From: a virus
DNA length: 64,000 bases
Virus record (IMG/VR): IMGVR_UViG_3300048599_000435
Span: 1-64,000 of that record
Direction: 5' to 3' (one strand)
The notes under the pieces are model-generated. The model was not told where the DNA came from. It saw only the letters and a list, made by a program, of their open reading frames with translations, and searched no databases. Shown one piece after another: positions 33,874 through 41,442 of the stretch (its first letter is position 1; each line of letters opens with the position of its first letter). The position numbers were made by a program, and so were the translations under genes.

Positions 33874-35703
33874 CTACACACTTTGCGGTATCGTCTGCGA
33901 GAGGGTCGCCTTCCGCCTCGGCTTGAGCAACGTCTTCTTCGGCTTCTTTTTCGTAACCGCTTGCCCAGCCTGGTCGTCAGGCGGGCGAGTGGGGTCGTCG
34001 GTATCGCCGTCATCGGGCCGCTCGGCGAGCATGGTCAGCAGGTTCAGGGCGGCGTTCTCGTCCTGATCCCACTCCGCGCCGCACGCCGTGCAGGTGTGGG
34101 TCAGGCGGCTGCGGTCGAACGTCTGGTCGGACCAGCAGGCGTGGCACCGGGAGGTGGTGCCGTGCGGGGCGAACTCGGCGACCGGGCAGCGGCCGTTCAT
34201 CCGCAGGCATTGTAGGAGCAGGCCGACGGCCGCCGCCCGCATGTACTCCTTCCTCGCCCGCGTCGGGTTGTCCTCTTCCGGCCGGTCGTCCCTGGCCATC
34301 CGGGCGACGGCCAGTTTCTCCACCGCCAGCCGGCCGTACCGACCGCCCATCTCGGCGGCGAACTTGCGGTAGACGTCCAGCCGGCGACGGATCGCCCGCC
34401 GGCCGCACGACACGAACGCCATCTCCAGTCGCACGTCCGCGTCCCGCCACTCCAGTAACTCGTTGTGGCGTGGCGCGATGTCGGCATCTTGTCCCGTGCC
34501 GTCGGGCGTCGTCAGTTCGTCCCACCGGGTCAACAGCGTGTGCAGCCGGTTGTACCCGCGCCACTGGCGGACAGTGGTGGTTGCCTCAAGGAACGCCTCC
34601 GGCAGCGACTCTCGCGAAGCGTCGATCCAGTCGGCCAGCCGGTCCCGCTCGGCGTTGAACAGCCGGTCCCGCTCGGCCTGGGCCTCCTCGCGGCGGGTCC
34701 ACAGGGCGAGCAGGTCGGGCGGCAGTGTCAGTTCGCCCCGGCCGCCCCGGTCGTCGGCCCAGCAGGCGACCCGGAGCGAGCCGTCCGGCCGCAGCCGCCA
34801 GCCGACGTCGATCCCGCACTTGCCGTCCTTGTCCTCGACGGGTCGGTCCGGCACGGAGACGACGAACTGGACTGACCAGTCGTCGTAGGCGGTCGGCGGC
34901 TCGTCCCGCCGCTTGCGGGTGTGCCACCCCTGCCGGCGAACCAGGTGTACCCACTTGACGGTGCCGCCTTCGGGCAGCGGCCGGTGCGCCTTCACCCGCA
35001 GCGTCGTCCAGACCGGACGCCCCCGGTCGGACGCCAGCCGCAGGTGAACCAGTTTGACGTTCGGGTGGCCGGGGATCGACTCGATCCGGACGCGGGTGTC
35101 CTCGCCGGCGTACACGTCGGCGGCCGACAGGCCGTTCTGGATCTGGGCGGACAGTCGGCCGTCGCGGTCCCAGCGGCGGAAGCGGACGGGGCCGAACGGT
35201 GTGGATGATGCCGCCCGTTCGGCCGCTTCGGCGAGGGCCAGCTTGGTCCCCCACCAGACGGCCGAGGCGTTGTACGCGGCCTTCTGCCGGGCGAAGTGGG
35301 CGGCCGTCTCGGCCTTCTGAGCGGCCTTCCATGCCGGCGTGGCGTGCAGGGCCTTCATGGCGGCCGACCGGGCCGCGTAGGCCAGTTTCAGTTTTGCCCT
35401 GGCGTCGAGGACGGCCATGCGGAGGTCTTCCGACGCCACCTCGGCCCGCTCGCGGCCCTTGTACGCCTGCACCTCGGCGACGGCCGCGTCCCGTTCGGCT
35501 TCCAGTCGGGACACGACCGCGTCGGCCTCGGCCAGTTCCGGCGACATGGCCCGGCGGATCGCGTCCAGGTTGGCCCGCTTCAGGTTCTCCAGTTCGACCA
35601 GCCCGTTGTAGTACCGGTGGGCCGAGTACATCCAGTCAGCCAGCCGCCGCTCTTGGTCGGCCGACATCCGATAGACGTGAAATGCGAACACTTTGGTAGG
35701 CAC
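33874..35703 (-). CDS. TnpB/Cas12-like RuvC nuclease (compact type V effector candidate, 609 aa)
   Basis: RuvC-I KCGIDVGWR, RuvC-II RLAVEKL, zinc finger CHAC..CTAC, RuvC-III DQDENAALNLL. TnpB-like N-terminus FAFHVYRMSADQERRL..YYNGLVE. The array starts 25 nt after its stop. Confidence 0.8.
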   Translation of the reverse strand: MPTKVFAFHVYRMSADQERRLADWMYSAHRYYNGLVELENLKRANLDAIRRAMSPELAEADAVVSRLEAERDAAVAEVQAYKGRERAEVASEDLRMAVLDARAKLKLAYAARSAAMKALHATPAWKAAQKAETAAHFARQKAAYNASAVWWGTKLALAEAAERAASSTPFGPVRFRRWDRDGRLSAQIQNGLSAADVYAGEDTRVRIESIPGHPNVKLVHLRLASDRGRPVWTTLRVKAHRPLPEGGTVKWVHLVRRQGWHTRKRRDEPPTAYDDWSVQFVVSVPDRPVEDKDGKCGIDVGWRLRPDGSLRVACWADDRGGRGELTLPPDLLALWTRREEAQAERDRLFNAERDRLADWIDASRESLPEAFLEATTTVRQWRGYNRLHTLLTRWDELTTPDGTGQDADIAPRHNELLEWRDADVRLEMAFVSCGRRAIRRRLDVYRKFAAEMGGRYGRLAVEKLAVARMARDDRPEEDNPTRARKEYMRAAAVGLLLQCLRMNGRCPVAEFAPHGTTSRCHACWSDQTFDRSRLTHTCTACGAEWDQDENAALNLLTMLAERPDDGDTDDPTRPPDDQAGQAVTKKKPKKTLLKPRRKATLSQTIPQSV

Positions 35704-35737
35704 TGGTTGATCCTTTGACTGGTGGCTGTGGATGCAG

Positions 35738-35762
35738 TCCGTGTCTTGCCCCGCACGGCCGG
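35738..35762 (-). promoter_or_regulatory. conserved 25-nt motif, copy in the cas12-like leader
   Basis: CCGGCCGTGCGGGGCAAGACACGGA, 34 nt before the GTG at 35703. Confidence 0.5.
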
Positions 35763-35789
35763 GTGTGTCAGCGGACCGGCACCAGATGA

Positions 35790-35887
35790 GTGCCAGTCTT
35801 TACCTGCTGGCCCAGGCTGTTCTGCCCTGGACGTGTGTCCGACCCACGGCACTTGCCGGTCTTCACCTGCCGGCCCAGGTGTCTTTA
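35790..35887 (-). CRISPR. promoter-proximal mini-array (2 degenerate repeats, one 28-nt spacer)
   Basis: Repeats at 35853-35887 and 35790-35824. The upstream one keeps the hairpin through a compensatory A-T to G-C change. Confidence 0.55.
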
Positions 35888-35892
35888 GCTGT

Positions 35893-35920
35893 ATTATACA
35901 CGTCTCCAATCGGGATGCAA
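35893..35920 (-). promoter_or_regulatory. sigma70-like promoter P1 (drives the mini-array, the cas12-like gene and the array)
   Basis: TTGCAT-CCCGATTGGAGACGTG-TATAAT with a 16-nt spacer. Confidence 0.6.
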
Positions 35921-35968
35921 GTCAAATGTCGTCACATTCACCCGGCACGTCGCCCCTGGACGAGCGTG

Positions 35969-36487
35969 TCATTGGTCGTCCCCGGCCGTGGTCATCGCGA
36001 TGGCGATCAGCCGCCGCTGGGCCGCCGGTCGCCTCATGACGGCGGCGAGCAATTGTTCCAGGGTTGCGGCGGCGAGTTTGGCGTCGGCGGTCTCGGTGGT
36101 CATGGCCTCGTCGAGGATCTGCTTGGCTCGCTGCTTGCTGACGCCCAGGGTGGCGGCCAGGTCGGCCCCGCACCCGCCGGCGGCGGCCACGGCGGCGACG
36201 GCCGCCTTCCGCCTGTCGGGGTCGAACCACCCCCGGCGGCGGTGACGGCTACAGGCCGGGTTCTCGCACAGCCGGCGGGTCTTATTCCTGTCGAACGCCT
36301 TCAGTTTGGCGGGCGTGACGAGGCCGACCTGGTCGGCGTGGCAGGTGTCACACCGGACGGCCCACAGGTATGAGCCGACGTCGCTCCTCTCGGCCGTCGG
36401 CCCGATCAGGGTGTACCCGCCGATCGACTTGCCCCGGTAGGTTTCCGTCGTGTACGGGCCGGTCAGGTGCCCCTTGGTGCGTCCCAT
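35969..36487 (-). CDS. putative DNA-binding protein
   Basis: CENPACSRH zinc-like motif plus an HTH-like ATLGVSKQRAKQILDEA. Confidence 0.5.
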   Translation of the reverse strand: MGRTKGHLTGPYTTETYRGKSIGGYTLIGPTAERSDVGSYLWAVRCDTCHADQVGLVTPAKLKAFDRNKTRRLCENPACSRHRRRGWFDPDRRKAAVAAVAAAGGCGADLAATLGVSKQRAKQILDEAMTTETADAKLAAATLEQLLAAVMRRPAAQRRLIAIAMTTAGDDQ

Positions 36488-36667
36488 TCAGTCGGCCCTC
36501 CCCGGTTCTACTTCGGTGTACAGTTTGAACCACACCACGTTCCCCGTCTCGTCCCGGCACTCGGCCTCTTTCTTGCCCTTCCGCAGCACGGTCCACAGGT
36601 TCTTGTCGCCGGGCCGGCGGAAGGTGTCGTTCTTTTTTAGGTCGGCCAGCGTCTTCACGGATGTCAT
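36488..36667 (-). CDS. hypothetical protein (59 aa, not in ORF track)
   Basis: MTSVKTLADLKKNDTFRRPGDKNLW... with G/C-rich third codon positions. ATGA overlap upstream, and its TGA abuts the next ATG. Confidence 0.5.
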   Translation of the reverse strand: MTSVKTLADLKKNDTFRRPGDKNLWTVLRKGKKEAECRDETGNVVWFKLYTEVEPGRAD

Positions 36668-36750
36668 TCGTCCTCGTCCTCCTCCTCGGTGGGTTCCAGG
36701 TCCGTCTCGTCGAACTCCGGGTCTTCGTCGTCGTCGAACGGGTCACGCAT
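36664..36750 (-). CDS. 28-aa acidic micro-ORF
   Basis: MRDPFDDDEDPEFDETDLEPTEEEDEDE. Its start overlaps the stop of the upstream gene. Confidence 0.3.
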   Translation of the reverse strand: MRDPFDDDEDPEFDETDLEPTEEEDEDE

Positions 36751-37126
36751 TGTCGTCCTCCTCGGGGTGAAGTTTACACGGGTCCGTCAGCCAGTCGTCC
36801 CGCTGCTCCGGGGTGGCCGCCACCCACCGGCTCAGCAGCCCCATCCGCTCCTTGATGGTCCCCCAAAAACTTTGGGCTTCGTTGACGATGAGCCAATCCT
36901 CGTTGATAGCACAGTTCGCCTGACTCTTCTTGTTTGACCTCCACGGCCAGTACCCGTCGCTTCCCATGCCGTCGTTGACCCCCACCTGGCCGTTCTCGGC
37001 CAGCCACGCCAGCGGCTCCCATCGCGGGTCGCCACGCTCTTGCAGGAAGTCGGCGAACGCGCTCATCGTGACCGTGCAGTTCGGGTTCGCCGTCATCGCC
37101 GCCACCCAGTCGGCTTCCTCCATCAT
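36743..37126 (-). CDS. short TIGR02996-like protein
   Basis: MSAFADFLQERGDPRWEPLAWLAENG. Confidence 0.6.
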   Translation of the reverse strand: MMEEADWVAAMTANPNCTVTMSAFADFLQERGDPRWEPLAWLAENGQVGVNDGMGSDGYWPWRSNKKSQANCAINEDWLIVNEAQSFWGTIKERMGLLSRWVAATPEQRDDWLTDPCKLHPEEDDNA

Positions 37127-37181
37127 GTGGTCGTCCTCGGGGGCGGGGAGTGGGCGGTCCTCCCCGGATGTCGCTCGCCGG

Positions 37182-37598
37182 TTACGGGGCGTTGTCGCCC
37201 AGGTAGACGCGGAACGTGACCGGGTCTTGGTTGAAGTTGTTCTTGACGCCGGGGTAGGCGCTGTTGCCGGGCACCCACGCCTTCTCCGGCATGGCCCACG
37301 AGGTGCCGCCGGGCACGATCAGGTACGCGCGGACGAACCACTCGGTGCTCTGCGGGTTGGCCCGGCTGAGCAGCGCCCACGACTCCGACCCGTCCGGGTG
37401 CGTCTCGCTGAACTCGTGCCGGGTGCCGGCGTCGTTGCTGCTGACCAGCATGACCCGCCGGCCGACGGCGTCGGTGCCGCCGTTCCACTCGACCTCGACC
37501 CAGAACGGGGCCGGCAGGGCGGGGGCCGCGTCGCCCGGCAGGCAGGCCGCGATCGCCGCCGTCACCGCCATGACCGCCACCGCAATCGTCTTCGTCAT
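37182..37598 (-). CDS. putative lipoprotein
   Basis: Trimmed to MTKTIAVAVMAVTAAIAAC (a lipobox-like signal). Confidence 0.6.
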   Translation of the reverse strand: MTKTIAVAVMAVTAAIAACLPGDAAPALPAPFWVEVEWNGGTDAVGRRVMLVSSNDAGTRHEFSETHPDGSESWALLSRANPQSTEWFVRAYLIVPGGTSWAMPEKAWVPGNSAYPGVKNNFNQDPVTFRVYLGDNAP

Positions 37599-37831
37599 CG
37601 GGAGTCCTCGGAGTGTGTGCCGGCGGGATCGCCGGGTGCCGCCACGACGGGGTCGCGGTTCGACCCCGCCTGTTCCTGTTTTGTATCGCCTTCCCCGTCC
37701 GCCCGCCCGCCCCGGAGTTGTTCCAGTCGCTTCGTCAGGGCGGCGATGTACTTCTCGTTGCCGCACCCTTCAGCCGTGCGGAGGGCCTGTTCCAGCCCCG
37801 CTATCACCTCGGCCCGTTCCTCGACTGTCAT
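37595..37831 (-). CDS. hypothetical protein
   Basis: Trimmed to an ATGA-coupled ATG. Confidence 0.5.
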   Translation of the reverse strand: MTVEERAEVIAGLEQALRTAEGCGNEKYIAALTKRLEQLRGGRADGEGDTKQEQAGSNRDPVVAAPGDPAGTHSEDSR

Positions 37832-38256
37832 GATTGCACCTTGGATACTTGTGTAACCCGCTTGGCCGGCGCGTCGGCGTCCTCGATCCATACGGTCATC
37901 TTCGCGTCGATCAGGTGGGCGACCGGGACGCCGAAGAACTCGTCGATCTTGGTGGCCCATTCGGCGATCTTCTTCTTGCTGATGCGACTACCTTCTTGCA
38001 GGTTGATGCGTCCTCCTCTGGCATAACTGAGGCATCGCCACTCCCGGTCGCCATCACTTACGAGCAGGATGTTGCCGGGAACGTAGTGCTTTCCACGATT
38101 GTTGTAGGTGCCGCCTGGGACGATCCACATCTCCATGTCGCCGTACTTGACCAGCACCCGCGTCGGCGGACTGCCCCGCCGGTCGATGCCAGGGTGCGGG
38201 TGCGTGCTGGCGTGTCGGGTCATCTGGCTGAGCACTCGGGTCACGACCTTCTTCAT
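37828..38256 (-). CDS. hypothetical protein
   Basis: 142-aa ORF of balanced composition. Confidence 0.55.
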   Translation of the reverse strand: MKKVVTRVLSQMTRHASTHPHPGIDRRGSPPTRVLVKYGDMEMWIVPGGTYNNRGKHYVPGNILLVSDGDREWRCLSYARGGRINLQEGSRISKKKIAEWATKIDEFFGVPVAHLIDAKMTVWIEDADAPAKRVTQVSKVQS

Positions 38257-38381
38257 CACTTGTCCCCCACGAGTTTGTTGACCGCATCGGTCAGGAATGG
38301 GCTGTGCTGTTCACAGCACGCCTGTTGCTCGTGCCGGTATTGACCTGCTGGCCCAGGCCGTGGAGTACGATCCTGATTCAT
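38256..38381 (-). CDS. 41-aa micro-ORF containing a CRISPR-repeat-like sequence
   Basis: Starts 2 nt after the upstream stop and ends overlapping the next start. Its RPGPAGQY stretch is encoded by the repeat-like unit. Confidence 0.3.
   Translation of the reverse strand: MNQDRTPRPGPAGQYRHEQQACCEQHSPFLTDAVNKLVGDK
38331..38364 (-). repeat. degenerate solitary CRISPR-repeat unit (SRU-b)
   Basis: Plus-strand GTGCCgGTatTgaCCTGCTGGCCCAGGccGTgGA compared with the array repeat. Confidence 0.5.
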
Positions 38382-38382
38382 G

Positions 38383-38796
38383 TCACTCCCCTGGAAAGAG
38401 GATGAACGTGCCGCCCAGGACCGGCGACGGGCGGCACCAGATCCCCGGCAGCCGACCGTCGGCCACCACCCACGCCGGGAGTGGGTGCGGCGTGTGGGCA
38501 CACCGGCTGCCGATCCCTCGCAGCGGCACACTGTTTGCCAGCAGGCCGTCGATCACGTCCCACTCGCCCGCGTCCAGGTGCAGCAGGTGCTCGCCCTCGA
38601 ACCGGGCGGCCCTGCCGTTGTTGTCGCCCTCGCCATCGTCGGCACTCTCGTCGTCCGGGTCGGTCATGCACTCGGCCCACCAGTCGCGGATGTCGTCGAT
38701 GTCGGCGGCGGGTTGGTCGGCGGTTTGACTCGTCGGCATGTCAGGTTCCTTTGGTCGTTGTCGTTGGTCACTCGTGGTAGAAGGCCGTCGCGTCAC
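38383..38796 (-). CDS. hypothetical acidic protein
   Basis: GTGA-coupled start at 38796; ATG at 38739 is an alternative. Confidence 0.5.
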   Translation of the reverse strand: MTRRPSTTSDQRQRPKEPDMPTSQTADQPAADIDDIRDWWAECMTDPDDESADDGEGDNNGRAARFEGEHLLHLDAGEWDVIDGLLANSVPLRGIGSRCAHTPHPLPAWVVADGRLPGIWCRPSPVLGGTFILFPGE

Positions 38797-39077
38797 GGCC
38801 CCAGGTTGGTGTCGGTGCCGGACAGCGAGTCGAGGAACAGGTCGGCCTGCGTGGGCGTGGCCGTCTCCGGCTTTGACAGCCTGCGAAAGAATACCAGCAT
38901 GAACGACATCAGTTTTTCGTGGGCGACGGCCCCGGCGGAGTAGGCGGCCTGGAGTTTGTCGTGGTCACGCAACAAGTCACACCACTTAAGCCGTTCGACG
39001 TTTTTCGCGGCGGCCTGGAAATCGGCGTCCAGCCTGCGGAACTCGGCCATCTCTTCCGGCGTCACTTCGACTCGCAT
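38793..39077 (-). CDS. hypothetical protein
   Basis: TGATG-coupled ATG. Confidence 0.5.
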   Translation of the reverse strand: MRVEVTPEEMAEFRRLDADFQAAAKNVERLKWCDLLRDHDKLQAAYSAGAVAHEKLMSFMLVFFRRLSKPETATPTQADLFLDSLSGTDTNLGP

Positions 39078-39310
39078 CAGTCGTCCCCCTTGGCGGCTTG
39101 AACGAGGCGGTTGATCTTGATCACGGTGTTGGTGATCAGTTTGGCCAACTCGTCCCAGTTCTCCAACTCGGCCCCCTGGCCGTCGATGACAGCCCCGTCC
39201 GTGTTGACGCTGATGCCGTGCCAAGTGACTTCGTCAACGCTTTCCAAGGTCAGTTCGTCTTCCACGTCGTCCTCCTCTTCGGTGTCTCGGGTTTCCCAGT
39301 TCGGTAGCAT
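39077..39310 (-). CDS. hypothetical acidic protein
   Basis: TGATG-coupled ATG. Confidence 0.5.
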   Translation of the reverse strand: MLPNWETRDTEEEDDVEDELTLESVDEVTWHGISVNTDGAVIDGQGAELENWDELAKLITNTVIKINRLVQAAKGDD

Positions 39311-39582
39311 CACTTGCCCTCCGTTGTTTCGTCCACGTCGATCAGGCTTGGCATCAGTTGTCGCAGGTCGAAGCCGATGTCCGAGTTGAGCGTCAGGGCG
39401 ATGTCGTTCATCTTCCACGCCCTCTTGAGTTGCTGCACGACATGGGACTGTTCGCCGATCACGTCGGCCAGAAGCTTGGTGGCCCACTCCAGAAGCGAGG
39501 CGGTGTCGGACAGGCACGCCTGCTGTCCGTCCAAGTTGTCCAGAATCTTGGCCAGCAGGTCGGCGGCGGTCTCGGTCGGCAT
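39310..39582 (-). CDS. hypothetical protein
   Basis: TGATG-coupled ATG. Confidence 0.5.
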   Translation of the reverse strand: MPTETAADLLAKILDNLDGQQACLSDTASLLEWATKLLADVIGEQSHVVQQLKRAWKMNDIALTLNSDIGFDLRQLMPSLIDVDETTEGK

Positions 39583-39971
39583 CACTTGGCCTCCGGGTCG
39601 AGTACGGCCAGCCACTCGGCCGGCACCTGTTCGCGGCTCACTTCGGTGCAGGCGGCGAACTCGCTGCCGCAGATCCAGTCGGTGATGACCGATGACAGGT
39701 CGCCGGTCCTGCGGGCGAACCGGCACATGTGGTTGTGGCCGTTGTCCACTAATCCGGTGTCGTACAGGTAGCCGCCGACCTTCTCGCGGAAGTAGCGTGG
39801 CGTCTGCCGGCGGAAGCGGACCTCCACGTCTTTCGTCTTGCAGTCGTAGGCGTCGGCCAGTTGGTTTCCCGCCCCGTCGTTCAGTGTGGCGCGGAGGGTG
39901 ACGTAGGGGCCGATGAGGTCGGTCCCCTCCGGCACCTCGAACTCGATCTCCACGGTGGCCCGGACGATCAT
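39582..39971 (-). CDS. hypothetical protein
   Basis: 129 aa; ATGA overlap upstream. Confidence 0.55.
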   Translation of the reverse strand: MIVRATVEIEFEVPEGTDLIGPYVTLRATLNDGAGNQLADAYDCKTKDVEVRFRRQTPRYFREKVGGYLYDTGLVDNGHNHMCRFARRTGDLSSVITDWICGSEFAACTEVSREQVPAEWLAVLDPEAK

Positions 39972-40519
39972 GACTGGTTATCCTCAGCCTTCATTTCGAT
40001 GATCTCCTCCATAGCCGCGAGGTCTTCGCCGATGGCGATGTTGTCGAGCAGGACTTGCTCGAACGAATCGCCGCCCAGGAACTCGTCCCCGGCGTACAGG
40101 GCGTCGGCCAGTTCGCGGCGATCCCAGCCCAGCCGCTCGGCCAGTTCCGCCACCCGCCGCACGTCGTCCGTGTCTGCCAGTTCGTACCGCAGGCTCCGGC
40201 ACGCCGATTCAAAATGGCCCAGCCACGAGGACACCACTTCGTTCGCCTTCCCACCCGCCCCGTGCCGCCCTTCATACCCGTCCGTCGAGTCGAGCAGGAA
40301 TCGGGCGATTGTCTGGGTTGCGAGATAGAAGTCGCCGCCCTTCGCCCGCGTTTCGGCCATCTCCCGTTTCAGGATTTCTCGCACTTCGTCGATGGTCATT
40401 CCGCTGTCCTCCGGTGTTGTGTCCCACTTGTTCCGCCGCTTGGCCACGGCCGTCGGCCACAGTTCCGGCGGCGTGCTCCAGCCGGGGCCGCTGTACTCGA
40501 CGTTGTTCAAGGTGGCCAT
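39968..40519 (-). CDS. hypothetical protein
   Basis: 183-aa ORF of balanced composition. Confidence 0.6.
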   Translation of the reverse strand: MATLNNVEYSGPGWSTPPELWPTAVAKRRNKWDTTPEDSGMTIDEVREILKREMAETRAKGGDFYLATQTIARFLLDSTDGYEGRHGAGGKANEVVSSWLGHFESACRSLRYELADTDDVRRVAELAERLGWDRRELADALYAGDEFLGGDSFEQVLLDNIAIGEDLAAMEEIIEMKAEDNQS

Positions 40520-40520
40520 G

Positions 40521-41012
40521 TCACTCGTCCTGTACCGGGATGAACACTTCGTAGACGACGTCGCCCGTATGGGTTCCGGCCACGCACCCCCACTTCTGCC
40601 GGTGCATGGTTAGTGGCTGGCCCGGCTCAGGCAGGTCCGGCAGACGGCACGTCACTTCCGCCCATCCGCCGCCCCGCCCGCAAAGCTGGATCGTCGTGCC
40701 GAACGTGTTGAAGGCGTGCCCCGGCCGGGCGAGGCGGACGGCGACCACGTTGACCCCCGGCCGGCCGAACGCCACCTCGACCGATTCCACCAGCGGACGG
40801 TCGGGGTCACCCTCGGTAATCTTGAACATTGCCTTTCTGGTGTCCGCCGCTTCTTGCTGCTCGGCTTCGTTCAGTGCGTTCCACGCCTGGGCGATCCGTT
40901 CGGCGGTCTCGTCGGGCATGTTGGTGTCGGTGATGTCGAGTATCCGCCGTCGCGGGTGACTCGCCTCGGTGATGAAGTCGCCGTCGATGATCCAGTTTCG
41001 GTGTCTGCTCAC
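40521..41012 (-). CDS. hypothetical protein
   Basis: 163 aa; GTGA-coupled start. Confidence 0.6.
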   Translation of the reverse strand: MSRHRNWIIDGDFITEASHPRRRILDITDTNMPDETAERIAQAWNALNEAEQQEAADTRKAMFKITEGDPDRPLVESVEVAFGRPGVNVVAVRLARPGHAFNTFGTTIQLCGRGGGWAEVTCRLPDLPEPGQPLTMHRQKWGCVAGTHTGDVVYEVFIPVQDE

Positions 41013-41200
41013 TTCTTCGCCTCCCGTGCTTCCTTGATGGCCGCCGCCCCGAGTTTCGCGAGGAACTGGTTCAATTCTTCTCTGGCCTGGTCGAGCCGTT
41101 CGTCCAGCGGGTGGTAGTGCGTGTTGTAGTCATGCAACGCCTTCCGCAGGGCCGCGTCGAGGCGGTCGTACTCGGCCAGTTGTTCCTGATTGACGGTCAT
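41009..41200 (-). CDS. hypothetical coiled-coil protein
   Basis: TGATG-coupled ATG. Confidence 0.5.
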   Translation of the reverse strand: MTVNQEQLAEYDRLDAALRKALHDYNTHYHPLDERLDQAREELNQFLAKLGAAAIKEAREAKK

Positions 41201-41367
41201 CACTTGGCACCCCCGATGAGCAGGATGTAGGCGGCGATGGCGAGCAGGCCGACAAGGTTAAGGACGGCGTACCAGTCTTGTCCTGCTGGCCCAGGTTGTT
41301 CGATGACTGTGGCACTCACGGCCGGGTGCGGCCGGTCCTCGAAGTCGGGCAGGTCTTCGTCTTGCAT
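41200..41367 (-). CDS. 55-aa membrane micro-protein containing a CRISPR-repeat-like sequence
   Basis: ATG lies 8 nt after GGAGG. C-terminal transmembrane helix VLNLVGLLAIAAYILLIGG. Its EQPGPAGQDWY stretch is encoded by the repeat-like unit. Confidence 0.35.
   Translation of the reverse strand: MQDEDLPDFEDRPHPAVSATVIEQPGPAGQDWYAVLNLVGLLAIAAYILLIGGAK
41269..41303 (-). repeat. solitary CRISPR-repeat unit (SRU-c)
   Basis: Plus-strand GTaCCAGTCTTgTCCTGCTGGCCCAGGTTGTTcGA: 32 of 35 positions match the array repeat. Confidence 0.55.
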
Positions 41368-41442
41368 CCGTCTGTCCTCCGTTTGGGGCAAGAGGGGAGT
41401 AAACTGCTACTCCCCTCGGCGTCGGTCGGATCACTCGTCGTC

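Noticed and set aside
36348-36746. 132-aa Arg-rich minus-strand ORF.
   Set aside because: Replaced by two coupled small ORFs in other frames (36488..36667 and 36664..36750), which have G/C-rich third codon positions and stop/start overlaps.
41200-41211. Spacer 4 of the array (33628..33665) shares TCACTTGGCACC with the gene junction at 41.2 kb, which could be self-targeting.
   Set aside because: Only 12 nt match, and the match coincides with the recurrent ..GGTGCCAAGTGA gene-end motif. This is more likely a spacer against a related phage than a self-target, and it cannot be decided without a search.
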